NCBI GenBank assembly: GCA_963667565.1
Contig: OY763415.1
Location: 32,001-96,000, forward strand
Direction of reading: 5' to 3'
Source: Acholeplasmataceae bacterium
GTDB lineage: Bacteria; Bacillota_I; Bacilli_A; Acholeplasmatales; Acholeplasmataceae
DNA length: 64,000 nucleotides
Positions 10,429 to 20,923 of the stretch are shown here, piece after piece. Both the position numbers and the translations under genes were made by a program. The notes beneath the pieces were generated by a model. That model saw only the letters and a list, made by a program, of their open reading frames with translations. It did no database searches and had not been told where the DNA came from. The first letter of the stretch is position 1. Every line of letters begins with the position of its first letter.

Positions 10429-12306
10429 ATGTCAAAAACAAAAAAATTTAAAACCGAATCGCAACAATTATTACATTTAATGACTCACTCAATTTACACA
10501 CAAAAAGAGATCTTCTTAAGAGAACTTATTTCAAATGCAAGTGATGCCATTGATAAAAGACATTACTTAAGTTTAACGCATGAAGAAGTGCCTAGCACAT
10601 CTTATGAAATATGGATTGAACCAGATAAAGAAGATCGCATGCTCATTATCAAAGATAATGGTATCGGATTTACCGAAGAAGAATTAGTTGAAAATTTAGG
10701 AACGATTGCTCAAAGTGGTTCTAAAGCATTTAGAGAAAAATTAGAACAAAAAGATGTCGATATGATTGGACAATTTGGTGTTGGGTTTTACTCAGCTTTT
10801 ATGGTTTCTAAACGTGTAGAAGTTAGAACAAAATCTCCTTTTTCAGAAAAAGGATATCTTTGGGTTTCAGAAGGTGAATCATCATATACAATTGATGAGA
10901 TTGATTTAAAAGAAATAGGTACTGAAATTACACTTGTTTTAAACGATGATGATTTAGAAAATGATGAGAACTATTCAGAGTTTTTAGAATCTTATAAAAT
11001 TGAAGATTTAGTTAAAAAATATAGTGATTATGTGCGTTATCCAATTAAAATGATGATGACAAAACAAGAAGATGGAAAAGATGTTATTGTTGAAGAAACA
11101 ATGAATCAAATGACACCAATTTGGAAACGTTCAAAATCAGAGATTACTGAAGCTGAATTAAATGATTTTTATAAACATCAATATGGAGATTATGATAATC
11201 CACTTAAAGTGATTCATTCACAAGTTGAAGGGATGATGATGTATACTGCCTTATTGTTCATTCCAAAACGTCCACCATATGATTTTTATAGTGAAAAGTA
11301 TGAAAAAGGTTTACAGTTATATTCAAAAGGTGTCTTTATCCAAGATAAGAATAAAGATTTAATTCCTGATTATTTCAAATTTGTCAAAGGATTAGTTGAT
11401 TCTGCAGATTTAAGTTTAAATATTTCAAGAGAATTATTACAACACGATAGACAACTTAAGAAAATAGCAAGTCATGTTGAAAAGAAAATTAAAAGCGAAT
11501 TAGAATTAATGTTATCAAATGAAAGAGATTTATATGTGGAATTTTATGAAGCATATAAAAATACGCTCAAATTTGGCATTTATGATCAATTTGGATTAAA
11601 TAAAGACAAACTTCAAGACTTGATCATGTTTAAAACATCAACTTCTGATGACTATGTCACATTAAAAGAATATGTGGATAGAAAACCAGAATCACAAAAA
11701 GCGATTTATTATGCAACAGGTAAACATAAGCAAAGTATCATGAATCTTCCACAAATGGATGTCATGAAAGAAAAAGGTATTGAAGTCTTATTGTTCACTG
11801 ATGAAATTGATGAATTTATGATTCAAGTATTAGGTCAATATCAAGAAGTTGTGTTTAAATCCATTCAACAAGGTGAAGCCGATTTTGTTGATGAAGAAAA
11901 GAAAGAAGATTTAAAAACAAAAGAAGAAGAGAATAAAGATATCTTAAAAGCATTATCAGAAGCATTAAAAGATAAAGTTAAAGAAGTTAAGCTTTCAGCT
12001 AGACTTAAAGATTCACCTGTTTGTTTAGTCTCTGGTGAAGGATTATCTATGGAAATGGAAAAAATCTTAAAACAAATGCCAAACCAAGGCAATGATATGA
12101 TGAAAGCTGAAAAGATATTAGAAATTAATCCAGAACATCCAATTTTTAAATCCATTTTAAAAGTATATGAAAAAGATGATACAAAAATAACGCAATATGC
12201 ATCACTTTTATATCATCAAGCAATGTTGATTGAAGGACTTCCAATCGAAGATCCTAGTGAGTTTAATCAAAATCTCGTGCAGCTTATGATTGATGCTGCT
12301 AATTAA
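10429..12306 (+). CDS. htpG: Chaperone HtpG (Hsp90)
   Basis: FLRELISNASDA, DNGIG, IGQFGVGFYSAF, LNISRE, LEINPEHP. Confidence 0.97.
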   Translation: MSKTKKFKTESQQLLHLMTHSIYTQKEIFLRELISNASDAIDKRHYLSLTHEEVPSTSYEIWIEPDKEDRMLIIKDNGIGFTEEELVENLGTIAQSGSKAFREKLEQKDVDMIGQFGVGFYSAFMVSKRVEVRTKSPFSEKGYLWVSEGESSYTIDEIDLKEIGTEITLVLNDDDLENDENYSEFLESYKIEDLVKKYSDYVRYPIKMMMTKQEDGKDVIVEETMNQMTPIWKRSKSEITEAELNDFYKHQYGDYDNPLKVIHSQVEGMMMYTALLFIPKRPPYDFYSEKYEKGLQLYSKGVFIQDKNKDLIPDYFKFVKGLVDSADLSLNISRELLQHDRQLKKIASHVEKKIKSELELMLSNERDLYVEFYEAYKNTLKFGIYDQFGLNKDKLQDLIMFKTSTSDDYVTLKEYVDRKPESQKAIYYATGKHKQSIMNLPQMDVMKEKGIEVLLFTDEIDEFMIQVLGQYQEVVFKSIQQGEADFVDEEKKEDLKTKEEENKDILKALSEALKDKVKEVKLSARLKDSPVCLVSGEGLSMEMEKILKQMPNQGNDMMKAEKILEINPEHPIFKSILKVYEKDDTKITQYASLLYHQAMLIEGLPIEDPSEFNQNLVQLMIDAAN

Positions 12307-12329
12307 AAAAAAGCCGAAAGGCTTTTTTT
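12305..12329. terminator. Bidirectional terminator between htpG and rhomboid gene
   Basis: aaaaaaagcc-gaaa-ggcttttttt. Confidence 0.88.
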
Positions 12330-12330
12330 G

Positions 12331-13047
12331 TTAGTTTGTATAATAAATATCATCATCTGAGACATCATCACTATCAATGACATAATTGCCGTGATGTGTA
12401 TCATCTCTTTGTTCTTTTCTTGGTTTTGGACCTTTAATTGATGTGAGCATTAAATACATAAGTCCAATCCCTGTTAAAAACCCACCTAAATGTCCATATA
12501 TACTGATATTAGGGGCAATAAATGTGAAGATGACGTTAATGACGACCAATGAACGAATCGACCTAATGCCATAAGGTGTAAATAAGCGTGGACGTTGATA
12601 GGTAAGGATGAGTAATGCACCCATAATACCAAACAATGCACCAGATGCACCAATGGTAGGCACATTAGAATTCATACTCATAAGCCATACAAGCAAAGAT
12701 GAACCCAAACCAGCAATCATATAGATGGTGATATATTTAACTTTACCCAATAAGTCTTCAACAAAGCCACCTATAATATATAAGAAATAACTATTCATTA
12801 AAAAGTGTAGAATACTACCATGTAAAAACATTGCAGTTAATAATCGATAATACTCACCTTGATTTGTAATTAAAGAAGGTACTAAAGCTCCAAGATTGAT
12901 TAATACATCACTATGATAAGTAAATAAGGATTGACTTAAGATGGATGCGATGATAGCCATGATTGTATTGATAGATAATAAGATAAATGTTACGGGGTGT
13001 TTTTTGTAAGCACGCACTAAGCGGTCATAAAATGTTTGTTGTTGCAT
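12331..13047 (-). CDS. Rhomboid intramembrane serine protease
   Basis: YYRLLTAMFLH, HFLMN, GASG, GHLGG. Confidence 0.92.
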   Translation of the reverse strand: MQQQTFYDRLVRAYKKHPVTFILLSINTIMAIIASILSQSLFTYHSDVLINLGALVPSLITNQGEYYRLLTAMFLHGSILHFLMNSYFLYIIGGFVEDLLGKVKYITIYMIAGLGSSLLVWLMSMNSNVPTIGASGALFGIMGALLILTYQRPRLFTPYGIRSIRSLVVINVIFTFIAPNISIYGHLGGFLTGIGLMYLMLTSIKGPKPRKEQRDDTHHGNYVIDSDDVSDDDIYYTN

Positions 13048-13204
13048 TTTGATCACTCCTTCACTCATATTTTACAAAAAAACGTTAAAATCACAAAGCC
13101 AAATCATCAAAAATTATAATTATGGAAAAAGAACCATAATTTGAATAAGGCATCAAAGTTTTATTTTTCATATAAAAAAGGTAAAATAAAAGTGAGGTGA
13201 ACAT

Positions 13205-14149
13205 ATGCCAAAAAGTAAAGTCGTTATCGTTGGTACAGGTATGGTAGGCATGAGTTATGCATATTCATTACTTAACCAAGGGACAGTTGAAGAATTAGTA
13301 TTAATTGATATTGATAAAGAACGTGCATTAGGAGAAGCAATGGATCTAAACCATGGACTTTCATATGCACCAAGAAAAATGAAAATTTATGCAGGAGAAT
13401 ACAGCGATTGTAAGGATGCAGATATCGTTGTTATCACTGCGGGTGTCAACCAAAAAGATGGAGAAACTAGAATTGATTTATTAAACCGCAATGCTGCAAT
13501 TATGAAAGCAGTTGTTAATCAAGTCATGGCTAGTGGATTTAATGGTATTATTTTAGTTGCATCTAACCCAGTAGATATTTTAGCTTATGTTGCATGGAAA
13601 GCATCAGGATTGCCATCATCAAGAGTCTTTGGTAGTGGTACGTCACTTGATACTGCACGTTTAAGATTTGAAATTGCACAACGTATTCACATTTCAGTTA
13701 AAAACATTCATGCTTATATTATGGGTGAACATGGTGACACTGAATTTGCATGTTGGTCTAATGCTTATATTGGATCAAAACCATTAACTGATGTTATTGA
13801 TACAATGGAAGGTATTGAACTTTCTGATTTAGAAGAAATTCATCAAGATGTTAAAAATGCTGCATATGAAATTATAAAACGTAAGAAAGCAACTTATTAT
13901 GGTATTGGTATGACACTTGTAAGTATTACTTCAGCAATTATCAATAATGAGAATAGAATCGTTCCAATTTCGGTATACAATGATGGTATTTATGATATTG
14001 ATAAAGATTTATATATTGGACTCCCTGCTGTTTTAAATGCTGATGGCGTCCATCATGTTGTTAAAATTAAATTAAATGAAAAAGAAGATGGACAATTAAA
14101 ACATTCTGCATCGGTATTAAAAAATATTTTAGATCAAATGGAATTTTAA
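13205..14149 (+). CDS. ldh: L-lactate dehydrogenase
   Basis: GTGMVG, TAGVNQKDGETRIDL, SNPVD, LDTAR, GEHGD, ATYYGIG. Confidence 0.95.
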   Translation: MPKSKVVIVGTGMVGMSYAYSLLNQGTVEELVLIDIDKERALGEAMDLNHGLSYAPRKMKIYAGEYSDCKDADIVVITAGVNQKDGETRIDLLNRNAAIMKAVVNQVMASGFNGIILVASNPVDILAYVAWKASGLPSSRVFGSGTSLDTARLRFEIAQRIHISVKNIHAYIMGEHGDTEFACWSNAYIGSKPLTDVIDTMEGIELSDLEEIHQDVKNAAYEIIKRKKATYYGIGMTLVSITSAIINNENRIVPISVYNDGIYDIDKDLYIGLPAVLNADGVHHVVKIKLNEKEDGQLKHSASVLKNILDQMEF

Positions 14150-14240
14150 AAAGGATATAGCAATATATCTTTTTTTATCGGATAATTGAATATTATATAT
14201 ATTCATGTTATGCTTTAAGTAAACTATTTTAAGGAGTTTA

Positions 14241-15470
14241 ATGATGATATTTATAATAAGTTTAATTTTAGTGATGTTTATTTTGAAATTAGTGATTTCA
14301 ATTTTAAATTATAATCACTCTATCAAAAGTGTTCCAGAAAATGTAGCACACATTTATAATCAAGAAGTGTATCAAAAATGGTTAGATTATCACAGAGATC
14401 AAATGAAATTTGGACTTATCTCAAAAAGCGTGAGTTTAATTGTCATTTTATTGCTGCTCATATTTAAAGTCTTTGGATGGTTAGAAGCTTTAAGTTTAGA
14501 AATGAGTAGTTCAGTATATCTACAAACACTTATCTTTTTAGGCATTTATTTTTTATTTGATGTAATTATTGCAATTCCGTTTGATTATTATTTAACGTTT
14601 GTCATTGAAGAAAAACATGGATTTAATAAATCAACAAAGAAAACATTTTGGATGGATCAAATCAAAAATTTCTTATTAACTTTTGTTTTAATGGGCGGTA
14701 TTATTTTAGGTTTACTTGCTATCTATAGAGCATTTGTTGATCAAATATGGGTATTTATTTTAGGTGCTTGGCTTGTCTTAACCGCGGTTATGATTTTAAT
14801 GTTTTTACTTAATACAAAAGTGTTTGTTAAATTATTTAATAAGTTAACACCGCTTGAAGAAGGAAGTTTAAAATCAAGTATTGATGCACTTGCATCTAAA
14901 CTTGGATTTGAAATTAATAAAATAAGCGTGATGGATGCATCTAGAAGATCAACGAAACTCAACGCATTTTTTAGCGGATTAGGTAAGCAAAGAGATGTTG
15001 TCTTATATGATACATTGATTGAAAAAATGAGCGAAGAGCAAATACTTGCAGTATTAGGTCATGAGCTTAGTCATGCACTTCATAAAGATACGACTAAAAT
15101 GCTTATAGAACAAATATTAGTCTTTGGTGTCTTTGCATCATTTATTGGATTCATTCTTAATTGGACAAGTCTTTTTACAGATTTAGGATTACAAGGCATT
15201 AATTTTGGATTTGCGATGATTTTATTTTCTATTTTAATGGAACCTATTTCAATGCTTATCGGTATTCCAACAAACTATTTGTCTAGAGTTGCAGAATATA
15301 GAGCTGATAAATTTGGAGCAGAACATGTTTCCAAAGAAGCAATGATTTCTGCTTTAGAAGTGATTTCAAGAGAGAACTTTGCTAACTTAAACCCACATCC
15401 TTTATTTGTAACACTTTACTATAATCACCCAACGACTTCTGATAGAATCAAGGCGATTAACGCACAATGA
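14241..15470 (+). CDS. M48 (Ste24-like) membrane metallopeptidase
   Basis: NAFFSG, HELSH, EYRAD, HPTTSDRI. Confidence 0.92.
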   Translation: MMIFIISLILVMFILKLVISILNYNHSIKSVPENVAHIYNQEVYQKWLDYHRDQMKFGLISKSVSLIVILLLLIFKVFGWLEALSLEMSSSVYLQTLIFLGIYFLFDVIIAIPFDYYLTFVIEEKHGFNKSTKKTFWMDQIKNFLLTFVLMGGIILGLLAIYRAFVDQIWVFILGAWLVLTAVMILMFLLNTKVFVKLFNKLTPLEEGSLKSSIDALASKLGFEINKISVMDASRRSTKLNAFFSGLGKQRDVVLYDTLIEKMSEEQILAVLGHELSHALHKDTTKMLIEQILVFGVFASFIGFILNWTSLFTDLGLQGINFGFAMILFSILMEPISMLIGIPTNYLSRVAEYRADKFGAEHVSKEAMISALEVISRENFANLNPHPLFVTLYYNHPTTSDRIKAINAQ

Positions 15471-16846
15471 ATCAAAATCGACTCATTCATCTAAAAGATG
15501 GAAAACAAAAAGGTGACTATGTTATTTATTGGATGCAACAGTCACAAAGAATTCACGATAATCATGCGTTAAACTTTGCAGCTGACATCGCCAATAAAAA
15601 CAATTTGCCTCTCGTTGTGTTTTTCGCTTTATACAGCAATTATCCCGAAGCAAATGAACGCAGCTTCGCATTTATGCTTGAAGGATTATATGACGTTAAA
15701 AAATGGCTAGAAAATCAAGGTGTGAATTTTGTTTTAAGAATAGGACAAGCACAAGAAGTCATCTTTGATTATTTAAGAGATGCTTATAGTCTTGTCATGG
15801 ATTATGGATATTTAAAACATCAAAAAATGTGGCGAAAAAACATATTGGATAGAATTATTAACGAAGATCTTAATTGTTCCATAGACATGATTGATACAGA
15901 TATGATTGTACCTGTCAAAGTAGCAAGTGATAAAAGAGAATACGGTGCTTACACATTAAGACCTAAACTTATGAAGATACTAGATCAGTATAGAGACTCT
16001 GATCCACTACCTCCACTTAAGAATACAAAACAACTCAATCTTAAGTTTGATGATGACTTATCAGATGTTGATATGTTATTAAAAAAACTCAATGTTGATC
16101 AATCGGTTCCCAGAAGTCCTTTCTTCAAAGGAGGATATTTAGAAGCGTCACATACGTTTTCTAAATTTTTATATAAGGATTTAAAAGATTATAAAGATAG
16201 AAATGATCCATCAAGTCCTAAAGTATCACACATGAGTATGTATCTTCATTTTGGACAAATTAGTCCAAGAGAATTACTAGAACGCATGACTTTAGCGATG
16301 CTTCAAGATCAAATTGATCAAGCAAGTATCGATTCATTTATTGAACAACTTTACGTGAGAAGAGAACTTGCATTTAATTATGTCACATATCAAAAAAATT
16401 ATGATATATTTGAGATGATGACACAACCCTGGGCATATAAGACGATGGAAGTTCATGAGAATGATCCAAGATTATATGTGTATTCAATTTATGATTATGA
16501 ATCTTTTCAAACACATGATGAAGCATTTAATGCTGCAATGATTGAAATGGTTGTTACTGGATACATGCACAATTATATGCGCATGTACTGGGCTAAGAAA
16601 ATCATCGAATGGACACCAACATATAAAGAAGCATATGAAACCATCATGTATCTCAATAATAAATATTTTATTGATGGTAGAGATGCAAATAGCTATGCAG
16701 GTGTTGCTTGGTGTTTTGGAAATCATGATCGACCTTGGACAGAAAGAGAAATTTTTGGACAATTGCGTTATATGAATTTTAGTGGACTTAAGCGAAAGTT
16801 TGATATTGATCTATATATTCAAAAAATGAGAAATCTGGTGAAATAA
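15467..16846 (+). CDS. phr: Class II CPD photolyase
   Basis: YWMQQSQR..DNHAL, YLHFGQIS, MHNYMRMYWAKKI, DGRDANSY, HDRPW. Confidence 0.92.
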   Translation: MNQNRLIHLKDGKQKGDYVIYWMQQSQRIHDNHALNFAADIANKNNLPLVVFFALYSNYPEANERSFAFMLEGLYDVKKWLENQGVNFVLRIGQAQEVIFDYLRDAYSLVMDYGYLKHQKMWRKNILDRIINEDLNCSIDMIDTDMIVPVKVASDKREYGAYTLRPKLMKILDQYRDSDPLPPLKNTKQLNLKFDDDLSDVDMLLKKLNVDQSVPRSPFFKGGYLEASHTFSKFLYKDLKDYKDRNDPSSPKVSHMSMYLHFGQISPRELLERMTLAMLQDQIDQASIDSFIEQLYVRRELAFNYVTYQKNYDIFEMMTQPWAYKTMEVHENDPRLYVYSIYDYESFQTHDEAFNAAMIEMVVTGYMHNYMRMYWAKKIIEWTPTYKEAYETIMYLNNKYFIDGRDANSYAGVAWCFGNHDRPWTEREIFGQLRYMNFSGLKRKFDIDLYIQKMRNLVK

Positions 16847-16847
16847 A

Positions 16848-17180
16848 ATGGAATTACTAAAGAAATTTTTAAAATACTACATGTTTTTACTTGGTGCATT
16901 TATCGTACTGATGGCATTTGATTGTTTTGGAACAAGCGAAACTTTTTGGTATGAACTTGCTTGTTTTGGAATCAGTATCTTACCAGGGGTTGCTATTGTG
17001 TTAGTCGTTTGGTTTCTTAGACATAAAGACCGTGTATTAAGATGGATTACTTTAGCACTCGCTATTGGTTTCTTCATCTTATTTAAGATGTATCACTTCA
17101 GTGATCAATGGCCGATCATACTTATCATATTTATTCCGATGACTTCTTATTCATTATTAGCGTTTATGAAAAACAAATAG
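16848..17180 (+). CDS. Small 4-TM hypothetical membrane protein
   Basis: 110-aa hydrophobic ORF starting 1 nt after the photolyase stop. Confidence 0.7.
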   Translation: MELLKKFLKYYMFLLGAFIVLMAFDCFGTSETFWYELACFGISILPGVAIVLVVWFLRHKDRVLRWITLALAIGFFILFKMYHFSDQWPIILIIFIPMTSYSLLAFMKNK

Positions 17181-17314
17181 AGTTTTACGATAACATTTAG
17201 ATTGTTTATGTTGAGTGATTTTAAAAATCACCATACGTATTCAATCTTTTTTTATTAAGTTACGAGTTTTATTAATTACTCATTTACCTTCCAGTTACAA
17301 AAGTATGCCTTTAA

Positions 17315-17363
17315 TGTTGCTTATGTGCCAATTTAATGCTATAATATAGGCACATAAGCAACA
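17315..17363 (+). promoter_or_regulatory. abiE promoter with perfect 15-bp inverted-repeat operator
   Basis: tgttgcttatgtgcc (17315-17329) / ggcacataagcaaca (17349-17363) bracket TGcTATAAT (17337-17345). Confidence 0.8.
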
Positions 17364-17378
17364 AAGGAGTGATAAATA

Positions 17379-17966
17379 ATGGATTATGAAAATATGATTA
17401 TCAGATATATGGAAAATCATCAAGGATATATTACAAATAAAGAAGCCATACAATTAGGGGTACCTACGGTTTATTTAACAAGAATGATGAATAAAAATAA
17501 AATAAATAAAGTTGAGAGAGGCATTTATATGCTTCCAACTATTTTTGAAGACAATTTATACATCTATTATTTGCGTTACAATAAAATAGTTTATTCAGGT
17601 CAAACAGCCTTAGTAATTAATGAAATGTCCAATACATCTTTAAGAAAAATAGAAGCCAATGTGCCACATAATTATAATACACATAGAATTAACGATTTCA
17701 AAGTCAATAGAGTAAGTAATGTAATCTATAATTTAGGTAAAGAAATGATTGAAACGGAATTTGGGAATAAAGTACCTACATATAATAAAGAAAGAGTGCT
17801 ATGCGATATTTATAGTGAAGATTATCTAGATACTGAAGCCCTTAATTATGCAATTAAAATCGCTAAAATGAAAAAAATAGATTATGAGCATCTTTATGAA
17901 TATTCAATTGCTTTAAATGTTTATGAAAAAATTAAATTTTTGCTGGAGATTCGAGATGAATATTGA
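17379..17966 (+). CDS. abiEi: Type IV TA antitoxin AbiEi (wHTH regulator)
   Basis: 'GYITNKEA..LG', 'KVERGIY', 'SGQTAL', 'YNKERVLCD'; overlaps an AbiEii gene. Confidence 0.85.
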   Translation: MDYENMIIRYMENHQGYITNKEAIQLGVPTVYLTRMMNKNKINKVERGIYMLPTIFEDNLYIYYLRYNKIVYSGQTALVINEMSNTSLRKIEANVPHNYNTHRINDFKVNRVSNVIYNLGKEMIETEFGNKVPTYNKERVLCDIYSEDYLDTEALNYAIKIAKMKKIDYEHLYEYSIALNVYEKIKFLLEIRDEY

Positions 17967-19347
17967 AAAATTAAAGAGCGAAATTAGAAAAACTGCGGCT
18001 CTGAACAATATTACAGTTCAAGAAATGTGGGATAAATATTTTTTTGAAACATTTTTAGTTAGACTTTCAAAAAGTGAATTTGTATCTAATTTTGTTTTAA
18101 AAGGTGGGTTTCTACTTGAGAATATCATAGGTGTAGAACATAGAACAACTTTAGATCTTGATTTCAGCTATCGTTTAAACGATATTAATGAAATGGCGTT
18201 AAGACAAAAAATCAATAGCATAATAGAAATTGAAAATAGAGAAGTTAAATTACAAATCAAAGACATAAATTCAATTGCTGATCAAGATAAATATCAAGGG
18301 TTTAGGGTTAGAGTTTTTGCTAGTATAGGGAATATAAGAAAAACATTTAGCATTGATATTGCAACTGGTGATACCATAACTCCCTCACCTCAACGATTAG
18401 AATATAAAACTTTATTAACTGAAGAAAAAATATACTTACAAAGCTATAATATCGAAACGATGCTTGCAGAAAAATTTCAAACAGTTATTGAAAGAAATGT
18501 TTCAAATACACGTATGAAAGATTTTTATGATATTTACGTTTTAATCCATCACAAAGATTTAGACAAAGACTTATTTCATGATGTGCTAGTGAACACATTT
18601 GAAACAAGAAAAACAAGCATCAGAAAAACTGATATTGAAGTTATTTTGAAAAAAATTAAAGATTCAAAATTACTCGAGAAATCATATCATGATTACAGTA
18701 AGAAAACATCCTTTGCCAAGGATGTTAAATATAACGAAATCACTGATGCATTTGAGAAAACCAAAAATATGATTAAATATCAAGATGAATTCCATCTACA
18801 ATTTAAATCTTTTATATTGATTAGACATGGTGAGGATGATCAAAACAAACTAGGTGGTTGGTCTCATAGTGATCTTACAGACCTAGGCGTTATTCAAATT
18901 AAAAAACTAAAGAAAGAAATTGAAAATAAGGTAGTGCGTGATCAAGAAAACATTGTTATTTCAAGTGACTTAAAACGTGCTAGCGACACAACAAAACTAT
19001 TATTTGGAACTGATTATCGAGTTATATTTGAAAAAGATTTAAGAGAGTGTAATAATGGAGATTTAGCAAACTTAAATAAAGAAACTTTCAATGAAAAATA
19101 TCCTGGTTTGTATTTTCATAGTTTAAAGTATGAGCAAAAGTATCCGAATGGCGAATCTCCTAATGATTATTATGAAAGAATAAAAGAGTTTATGAAAAAA
19201 ATAAATGATGAATATAGTAACAAACATTTGATTGTTGTTGCTCATTTAGGAACATATGGCATCATGAAGTCAATGATTAACGGCATTGTCTGGTCTAATC
19301 AACAAAAATATAGATTGGGATATGCTGAATATTTTGAATTTGTTTAA
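17956..19347 (+). CDS. abiEii: AbiEii nucleotidyltransferase toxin fused to a histidine phosphatase domain
   Basis: N-half LKGG..RTTLDLD, DIATGD, LAEKFQT, NTRMKDFYD; C-half IRHGE, SSDLKRA, LRECNNG, GES, VAH. Confidence 0.85.
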   Translation: MNIEKLKSEIRKTAALNNITVQEMWDKYFFETFLVRLSKSEFVSNFVLKGGFLLENIIGVEHRTTLDLDFSYRLNDINEMALRQKINSIIEIENREVKLQIKDINSIADQDKYQGFRVRVFASIGNIRKTFSIDIATGDTITPSPQRLEYKTLLTEEKIYLQSYNIETMLAEKFQTVIERNVSNTRMKDFYDIYVLIHHKDLDKDLFHDVLVNTFETRKTSIRKTDIEVILKKIKDSKLLEKSYHDYSKKTSFAKDVKYNEITDAFEKTKNMIKYQDEFHLQFKSFILIRHGEDDQNKLGGWSHSDLTDLGVIQIKKLKKEIENKVVRDQENIVISSDLKRASDTTKLLFGTDYRVIFEKDLRECNNGDLANLNKETFNEKYPGLYFHSLKYEQKYPNGESPNDYYERIKEFMKKINDEYSNKHLIVVAHLGTYGIMKSMINGIVWSNQQKYRLGYAEYFEFV

Positions 19348-19396
19348 TAAGTTAAAAATAATGAAATGATAATTTAAACTTTACTTAATCAAATTG

Positions 19397-19427
19397 AAAA
19401 GAAGACACAAAATTGTGTCTTCTTTTT
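19397..19427. terminator. Bidirectional terminator
   Basis: aaaagaagacac-aaaatt-gtgtcttctttt. Confidence 0.85.
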
Positions 19428-19443
19428 AGTGGTATCCAAATCT

Positions 19444-20712
19444 TTATTTTTGTTTAGGTTTATCTAATAAAGTTAAAAAGAAATTTAATACGATTCCAAC
19501 GATAGCAGCTAAACTCATATTACTTAATGCTGCATTTGCACTAATTTGAATGGTTGCACCACCTAATCCTAAAACAAGCATGGTTGATACAACAATCAGA
19601 TTTTTCATTTTACTTAAATCTGTATGATCTTTAATTAAGACTTTTACACCATTAGAAGCAATCAATCCATAAAGGATGACTGTCATACCACCAATGACTG
19701 CCCATGGGATACTTGTAATAAATGCTTGTATATATCCAAAGAATCCTAAGAAGATGGCAAATATCGCTGCTAAACCTATCACCCAGACAGAACCAACTTT
19801 TGTAATTGCGATCACACCTGTGTTTTCACCATATGTAGTATTTGCTGGACCACCAATAGCACCAGATACAAATGTTGCAAGTCCATCACCTAAAAGGGTT
19901 TTATTTAAACCAGGATCAGTAATGAAATCATTTCCTGTAATTTCGCCTAAGACAACATGATCACCTATATGTTCTGCGATAGTGACAAATGCGAGTGGTG
20001 CAAACACTAAGACTTGTGAGAAATCAAAATTGTAACCATTTAATCCAAAAACTGTAAAATTTGGAATTTGGAAGAATTTCACATTTGAAAATACAGAATA
20101 ATCAACAATCCCAAAAATCATTGCAAATAAATAACCGACAAGAATGGCAAGCAAGAAAGGAACAATTTTTATAAATCCCTTACCTTTAATTGAGAAAAAT
20201 ACGACAGATAAGAAAGTAACTAAGGCAACAAGCGGTTCTTTCCATGTTGCGGAACCATCAAGACCTGTACTTGAAACTGCGACTGGAGCAAGTGTCATTC
20301 CGATGATGATAATCATGGGTCCAATAACAACAGGTGGCAACAACTTTTTAATCCAGGCACTACCCACAAAATAGATGATTAACGCGATGAGCATATAAAT
20401 AAGCCCGACAACCATCAATCCAATATAAGCACTTTCGAATCCACCCGTATTAGCAACTGCTAAACTGATTGTAGATATGTATGCAAAACTACTTCCTAAA
20501 TAAACGGGAACTTTTCCACGAGTGCTTGCGATATAGATGAGTGTACCAATACCACTAGCAACTAATGCAACACCAACATCAAGACCTGTAAGAAGTGGAA
20601 CTAAGACAGTTGCACCAAACATTGCAAACACATGTTGCAAACTTAAAATGATCCAATGACCTACACTTTGAGGCTTTTCTTGGATACCAACGGAAAGCTT
20701 TTGATCTAACAT
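19444..20712 (-). CDS. uraA: Uracil permease (NCS2 family)
   Basis: LQHVFAMFGATVLVP, GSSFAY, EHIGD, NTTYGEN; start placed after AAGGAG RBS. Confidence 0.92.
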   Translation of the reverse strand: MLDQKLSVGIQEKPQSVGHWIILSLQHVFAMFGATVLVPLLTGLDVGVALVASGIGTLIYIASTRGKVPVYLGSSFAYISTISLAVANTGGFESAYIGLMVVGLIYMLIALIIYFVGSAWIKKLLPPVVIGPMIIIIGMTLAPVAVSSTGLDGSATWKEPLVALVTFLSVVFFSIKGKGFIKIVPFLLAILVGYLFAMIFGIVDYSVFSNVKFFQIPNFTVFGLNGYNFDFSQVLVFAPLAFVTIAEHIGDHVVLGEITGNDFITDPGLNKTLLGDGLATFVSGAIGGPANTTYGENTGVIAITKVGSVWVIGLAAIFAIFLGFFGYIQAFITSIPWAVIGGMTVILYGLIASNGVKVLIKDHTDLSKMKNLIVVSTMLVLGLGGATIQISANAALSNMSLAAIVGIVLNFFLTLLDKPKQK

Positions 20713-20749
20713 AAACATTCTCCTTGTATTTAATTTTAAAGGCCTTAAC

Positions 20750-20836
20750 AAAAAAGGACACCTATGGGTATCCTTTAAGATTTTGGTATGGTTGTAGAAA
20801 TACCTTGTTATGCTCACGGGCATACCTTAAAGGACC
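20750..20836 (-). promoter_or_regulatory. PyrR-binding attenuator leader of uraA
   Basis: Minus strand reads CCTTTAA..ATGCCCGTGAGCAT..AAGG (PyrR binding-loop-like), then terminator AAAGGATACCCATAGGTGTCCTTTTTT. Confidence 0.72.
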
Positions 20837-20923
20837 TTCATTGTTACAAGTATATCATGAAATATTTAAAAGGCAATAAGATTTTACAAAAATATTGTTA
20901 TAATGAAGTTAGAGGTGATATGT

